A stretch of DNA of 64,000 nt. It comes from an uncultured delta proteobacterium. GTDB lineage: Bacteria > Myxococcota_A > Polyangia > Polyangiales > Polyangiaceae. The stretch lies in assembly GCA_963841435.1 (NCBI GenBank), contig CAWJCS010000004.1, positions 736,001 through 800,000 of the forward strand. The letters run 5' to 3'. Shown here in pieces: positions 59,899 through 64,000 of this stretch (its first letter is position 1; every line of letters starts with the position of its first letter). The position numbers were made by a program, and so were the translations under genes. Below the pieces are notes generated by a model. It was given only the letters and a program-made list of their open reading frames with translations. It was not told the DNA's origin and ran no database searches.

Positions 59899-60845
59899 TT
59901 TTCTCGTTCGAGCGCGGCCTGCTCGGCGACCACCATGCGGTGCGCGAGCTCACCGAGCGAGACGCTCGCCTGCCAGCCGAGGCGCTTGAGGGCGTGCGAG
60001 GGGTCGGCATGAAGCGCCCGCACTTCGCCTGGGCGAAAAAGCTTCGGATCCGAGGTCACGTAGTCTTCGGCCGTGAGGTCGAGCTCGTCGAATACCAGCT
60101 TTACGAACTCGCCGAGCGGGTGGGACTGTCCCGTCGCGATCACGAAGTCTTCAGGAGCGTCGAGGCCGAGCATGCGCCACATGGCCTCCACGTACTCCGG
60201 AGCCCAGCCCCAATCGCGGACGACGCGGAGGTCGCCCAACACGAGGCGATCCGCCGCGCCCCGCGCGATGTCACAAGCGGCGCGGACGATCTTTCGCGTG
60301 ACGAAGCGCTCCGGGCGTCGCGGCGATTCGTGATTGTAGAGGAACCCGATGGCGGCGAACACGCCGTGGTAGCGGCGGTAGCTTCGTGCGAGCTCCACAG
60401 CGGCCGCTTTCGACAGCGCGTACGGGCTTGCCGGAGCAAGCGGCGTGCCCTCGTTGGCGCGCGCCGTCCCGGTGTCGCCGAAGACTTCTCCGGAACCTGC
60501 GATGAAGACCCGCGGGGGGCGTGCGGCCCTGCGGGACGCCTCGAGCACGTTCAGCGTCGTCAGCGCGATACTGCGGAAGGTGAGGGCGGGCTCGGCGAAC
60601 GAGAGCCCGACCGAGCTCTGCCCGGCGAGGTGATACACCTGGTCTGGGCCGAGCTCGGCGAAGAGGCGTTCCACCGACGGCGCGTGCTCCAGATCGAGCG
60701 CGCGGATCTCGATCGCGGTGCCAGCGGGCGTGGGCGGGCCGGTTTTGCGCGACGTGCCGACGACGCGGTAGCCCTTGCCGAGCAGTAGTTCGGCAAGGTA
60801 ACTCCCGTCCTGGCCCGTGATACCTGTGATGAGCGCCGTCGTCAC
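59880..60845 (-). CDS. gmd: Second, divergent GDP-mannose 4,6-dehydratase family protein
   Basis: [42 protein letters not shown]...FVTRKI, RDWGWAPEYV. Confidence 0.82.
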   Translation of the reverse strand: MTTALITGITGQDGSYLAELLLGKGYRVVGTSRKTGPPTPAGTAIEIRALDLEHAPSVERLFAELGPDQVYHLAGQSSVGLSFAEPALTFRSIALTTLNVLEASRRAARPPRVFIAGSGEVFGDTGTARANEGTPLAPASPYALSKAAAVELARSYRRYHGVFAAIGFLYNHESPRRPERFVTRKIVRAACDIARGAADRLVLGDLRVVRDWGWAPEYVEAMWRMLGLDAPEDFVIATGQSHPLGEFVKLVFDELDLTAEDYVTSDPKLFRPGEVRALHADPSHALKRLGWQASVSLGELAHRMVVAEQAALERENQRSSA

Positions 60846-60863
60846 GCGAGCTTGGAACCTAAC

Positions 60864-61991
60864 ATGAAGCTTGCCGTGCTGTGCGACCTCTTGGAAGAGC
60901 GGTGGCCGAGCATGGACCTCGTGGCCGAGCAGCTTGCGCTGCACGCGGCGCGCCTGCCCGGAGTCGAGGTGGCATGCGTGCGGCCCGTGGTTCCGCCGCG
61001 CTTCGCGCCGGCCGCTCGCCGCTCGGCTGCTGGTCAGAAGCTCGCGTTGGCGGTCTTGCGATATGCGTACTATCCGAGCCTGGTCGTGCGCGGCAGTCGC
61101 GCCGATTGGTACCACGTCGCCGACCACAGCTATGCGCACCTTGCCCTCGCGCTGCCGCGTGGGCGCGTTGGCATCTACTGCCACGACGTGGACGCCTTCC
61201 GTCCGCTCTGGACAGCCTCGGCGAGCACCCCGGCGCGCGCGCTCGCTTCCGTGCTGAGGCGCGGATTGCGCCGCGCCGTGGTGGTGTTCCACTCGACGCC
61301 CGCGGTGGGCGAAGAGATCGTGGAGCGCGAGCTGGTCCGGCGCGACCGCGTGGTGCTGGCGCCTTACGGGGTTGCTTCCGAGTTTCGGCACGAGCCAGCC
61401 CGCGAGGCCTCGCCGCCGGCCGTGCGCGCACCGTTCGTTCTCCACGTGGGCAGCCTCATCCCCAGAAAGAATCCCGAATTCTTGATCGAGTGGTTCCTCG
61501 GCCTGCGCGAGGCGCGCCCCGATCTCGAGCTCGTTCAGATTGGCGGCGAGCTGCCGGGCGCATTGCGCGAGAAGCTCGCACGCGCCGGGGCCCTCGGTCA
61601 CTTCCACGGACTCAGGGGACTTTCGCGCAGCGAGCTCGCCGCGTACTACCGCGCGGCACGTCTCGTCGTGCTTCCGAGCCTGGCCGAAGGCTTCGGCCTT
61701 CCTCTCGTCGAGGCGCTCGCTTGTGGCGCACCCGTGCTCGCGAGCGACCTGCCCGTCCTGCGCCAAGTCGGCGGCGAGGGCGTCGTCTACGCGCCGGTCG
61801 GGGACCGCGAGAGCTTCGTTCGCGTGGCCCTCCGGCTACTCGTCGGCGACGGAGTGCCACCACTCGCCACCCGGTTGGAGGTCGCAGAGAGGTACAGCTG
61901 GAGCGCGCACGCTTCGACCGTCGTCGACGCCTACGTGTCGCGAGCGCCCCGGAGCCAGAACGACAGCGCCACCCCGCGCCGTCGCGTGTAG
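60864..61991 (+). CDS. GT4-family glycosyltransferase
   Basis: DHSYAHL, LHVGS..PRKN, PSLAEGFGLP.VEALACG.PV.ASD. Confidence 0.9.
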   Translation: MKLAVLCDLLEERWPSMDLVAEQLALHAARLPGVEVACVRPVVPPRFAPAARRSAAGQKLALAVLRYAYYPSLVVRGSRADWYHVADHSYAHLALALPRGRVGIYCHDVDAFRPLWTASASTPARALASVLRRGLRRAVVVFHSTPAVGEEIVERELVRRDRVVLAPYGVASEFRHEPAREASPPAVRAPFVLHVGSLIPRKNPEFLIEWFLGLREARPDLELVQIGGELPGALREKLARAGALGHFHGLRGLSRSELAAYYRAARLVVLPSLAEGFGLPLVEALACGAPVLASDLPVLRQVGGEGVVYAPVGDRESFVRVALRLLVGDGVPPLATRLEVAERYSWSAHASTVVDAYVSRAPRSQNDSATPRRRV

Positions 61992-62755
61992 ATGTAGCCG
62001 AGGGGCAAAAGCACTAGCATCAGCGTGTAGGCACCGAGCCTCAAGGGCCGGTTCCACACGCCGGGCGGCGTCCACCGGTCTGCACCGGCCCCGATCCGGG
62101 CGCGCAGGCTCCTGAGAGCACTCGACTTGAACCAGTTGAAGCGTGTGAACGCATGATAGTGGTAAACCTGCGCGCGGTACTTGAGCGGGAAGGGGTCGCG
62201 ATCGGCGTTGACCACGCGAGTCACGAGCTCGTCGTTTTGCCGCAGGTCATCCGCCGTTGCGAGCTGACCATCGTCCAGCGGGTACACGTATCCGAACAGC
62301 GGGTCGAGCACGCGCCACTTCCCGTCGAGCTCCGCTTCGACCACGACGTGGCCCGCATAGCTGTCCGTCAGCCCGATGAGCAGCTTGCGCGAAGGGATCT
62401 CGAACGCGTCGAGCGCCGCGATCAGCAGCGTGGAGCGCTGCGAGCACCCGCCACCGCGCTTGAGCAGGACTAGCGGAAACCGGTAGTAGAACGAGTCAGC
62501 GTTCTCGAGCTTGGCGTCGGGGCCCCTGGCGAAGTGCCGATGCAGCTCGTTCACGTGCCGCGTCGCGAGCACGGCGAACTCGGTGTCGGTCTTGGCGGCC
62601 GCGCGCAGAGGTGCAAACTCCTGCCGGACGCGGTAGAGCTGGTAGTAGCTCGTGGCCAGCAGCACCGCGGCCAAGGTCGCGATCAGCCACCACCCCGCCG
62701 CGAGCCAAGCGGTGGGTCGGCGCGCGCGCTTTGGCGAAGGTTTCGAAGTGTTCAT
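61931..62755 (-). CDS. Membrane-anchored transglutaminase-like (Cys-His-Asp) protein
   Basis: N- and C-terminal TMs; GGGCSQRS (Cys), AGHVVVEA (His), WRVLDP (Asp). Confidence 0.78.
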   Translation of the reverse strand: MNTSKPSPKRARRPTAWLAAGWWLIATLAAVLLATSYYQLYRVRQEFAPLRAAAKTDTEFAVLATRHVNELHRHFARGPDAKLENADSFYYRFPLVLLKRGGGCSQRSTLLIAALDAFEIPSRKLLIGLTDSYAGHVVVEAELDGKWRVLDPLFGYVYPLDDGQLATADDLRQNDELVTRVVNADRDPFPLKYRAQVYHYHAFTRFNWFKSSALRSLRARIGAGADRWTPPGVWNRPLRLGAYTLMLVLLPLGYIYTRRRGVALSFWLRGARDT

Positions 62756-62869
62756 GACGGAGTTCCGACCGGTCAGACGACGGCGAGGCGAAACCGGGCG
62801 CAGGCGCAAGCCTAGGGCAATTCGGCGCTCGGGCGATGCCGAACGCTTGCATCAAGGACGATTGGACGA

Positions 62870-64000
62870 ATGTGTGGTGTAGCGGGCCTGCTCGGCGTTC
62901 AAAGTGAACTGGCGCTGGAAGCCGCGCGCCGTATGCAGCGCGCCTTGAGCCACCGCGGGCCCGACGACGAAGGGCTCGTCCAGGTGGCGGCCGTCGGGGG
63001 CGGCGTCCCCGCCGTGCTCGCCCACACTCGCCTGTCGGTGGTGGACCTATCGCCGGCGGGGCACCAGCCCATGGCCGACGTTGGCACGCCGCCGAATTGG
63101 GTTAGCTACAACGGCGAAATATACAATTTCCACGAGCTCGCCCACGACCTCGGCGAGCGGGGGCACGCTTGCCGTACGCGCTCGGACACGGAGGTATTGC
63201 TACAAGGGTATCGGGCCTGGGGCGTCCGTGCGGTGGAGCGCTTCGAAGGCATGTTCGCCTTCTGCCTGCTCGATACCGCGAGGGGCCTCGCGTGGCTCGC
63301 CCGCGATCGCCTCGGGGTCAAGCCCCTCTACCTTGCGCGCCCGTCCGCCGGGGGACTGCTCTTCGCGAGCGAGGTGAGGGCACTGCTCGCCGCGGGCGAA
63401 GACTTCGTGCCGCGTCGGCTGAGGCGGTCAGCGCTCGAGAGCTTCCTCGCGCAGGGGGCCGTCATCGGGGACGACGCGCTCGTCGAAGGCGTCTCGATGC
63501 TCCCGCCGGGGACGTTGCTGCTCGTGGATTTCGACGGTCGCACGGTACGATCGACGCGCTACTGGGAGGTGTCGTTCGGTGAGGATCGTGGCGCACTGGA
63601 CCTACCGGCGGACGGATCCGCACCTCACCACGAGGGCCATCGGCACGCGGGGCCGGCACGGTTCCGCACGGAGGTGGTTGCCGAGCTTGCGCTCGGCTTG
63701 CGCCGCGCGACGGGGCGACAGCTGTTTGCGGACGTGCCCGTGGGGCTGTTTCTATCGGGTGGCGTGGACTCGGGCGCGCTCGCCACGGTGGCGAGCGAGC
63801 TCGGTGGCAAGCTTCGCACCCTGTGCGTGGGGTTCGACGTGGAGGGGTTCGACGAGAGCGCCGCCGCACGGGCCACCGCCCTCGAGCTCGGCACCGATCA
63901 CTCCGAGATCCGCCTGACGTCCGAAGCCGTGCTCGAGTCGTTCGACGAGGTACTGGCCGCCGTCGACCAACCGACCGTCGACGGTTTCAATACGTTCCAC
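62870..64000 (+). CDS. asnB: Asparagine synthase (glutamine-hydrolysing)-family amidotransferase, 3' truncated by window edge
   Basis: Read directly (absent from the ORF track): MCGVAG, HRGPDD.G, RLSVVDL...GHQPM, YNGEIYNF, SDTEV, GMFAF, ARDRLGVKPLY, DVPVGLFLSGGVDS. Confidence 0.93.
   Translation, partial: MCGVAGLLGVQSELALEAARRMQRALSHRGPDDEGLVQVAAVGGGVPAVLAHTRLSVVDLSPAGHQPMADVGTPPNWVSYNGEIYNFHELAHDLGERGHACRTRSDTEVLLQGYRAWGVRAVERFEGMFAFCLLDTARGLAWLARDRLGVKPLYLARPSAGGLLFASEVRALLAAGEDFVPRRLRRSALESFLAQGAVIGDDALVEGVSMLPPGTLLLVDFDGRTVRSTRYWEVSFGEDRGALDLPADGSAPHHEGHRHAGPARFRTEVVAELALGLRRATGRQLFADVPVGLFLSGGVDSGALATVASELGGKLRTLCVGFDVEGFDESAAARATALELGTDHSEIRLTSEAVLESFDEVLAAVDQPTVDGFNTFH

Noticed and set aside
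61931-64000. Lasso-peptide cluster (transglutaminase-like B2 + asparagine-synthetase-like cyclase)
   Set aside because: The asnB keeps the N-terminal Cys and full glutaminase motifs, the transglutaminase is doubly membrane-anchored and divergent, and no precursor or RRE gene is visible; the context is glycan biosynthesis.
1-64000. Many long Arg/Ala/Pro-rich alternative-frame and antisense ORFs in the ORF track (e.g. 8126-9952, 21832-23832, 25674-27362, 57262-59397)
   Set aside because: Shadow ORFs caused by stop-codon scarcity in high-GC DNA; they overlap motif-supported genes and carry no recognisable motifs.

Overview
A very GC-rich bacterial chromosome segment with about 60 densely packed genes. 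The Hanks-type Ser/Thr kinases and many Cys-rich and Gly-linker lipoproteins suggest Myxococcota, probably Polyangiaceae-like (inference). Housekeeping genes include modABC, dinB, trpG-trpD-trpC, truB, gatC-gatA, rpsB-tsf with its structured leader, thiG and a thiE/tenI-like gene. A surface-glycan locus occupies about 53.4-64 kb: two gmd copies, three GT4 glycosyltransferases, a methyltransferase, an asnB-type amidotransferase, a membrane-anchored transglutaminase-like protein and a HExxH metalloprotease-like protein. I found no rRNA, tRNA, CRISPR array or transposase. At least 11 frameshifts, including six in essential rpsB and tsf, are all single-base run extensions and most likely sequencing errors. 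Most notable observations: (i) a recurring TAnnnT hexamer 6-9 nt before start codons, suggesting widespread leaderless transcription; (ii) a TerB-like domain fused to a priming phosphoglycosyl transferase; (iii) a patatin/cPLA2-like membrane lipase fused to a GNAT-like domain; (iv) a bacterial Kunitz lipoprotein with Asp at P1; (v) an orphan pseudopilin under a sigma54-type promoter with upstream palindromes; (vi) the transglutaminase/amidotransferase/metalloprotease glycan locus. All calls come from motif reading by eye; no database search was run.
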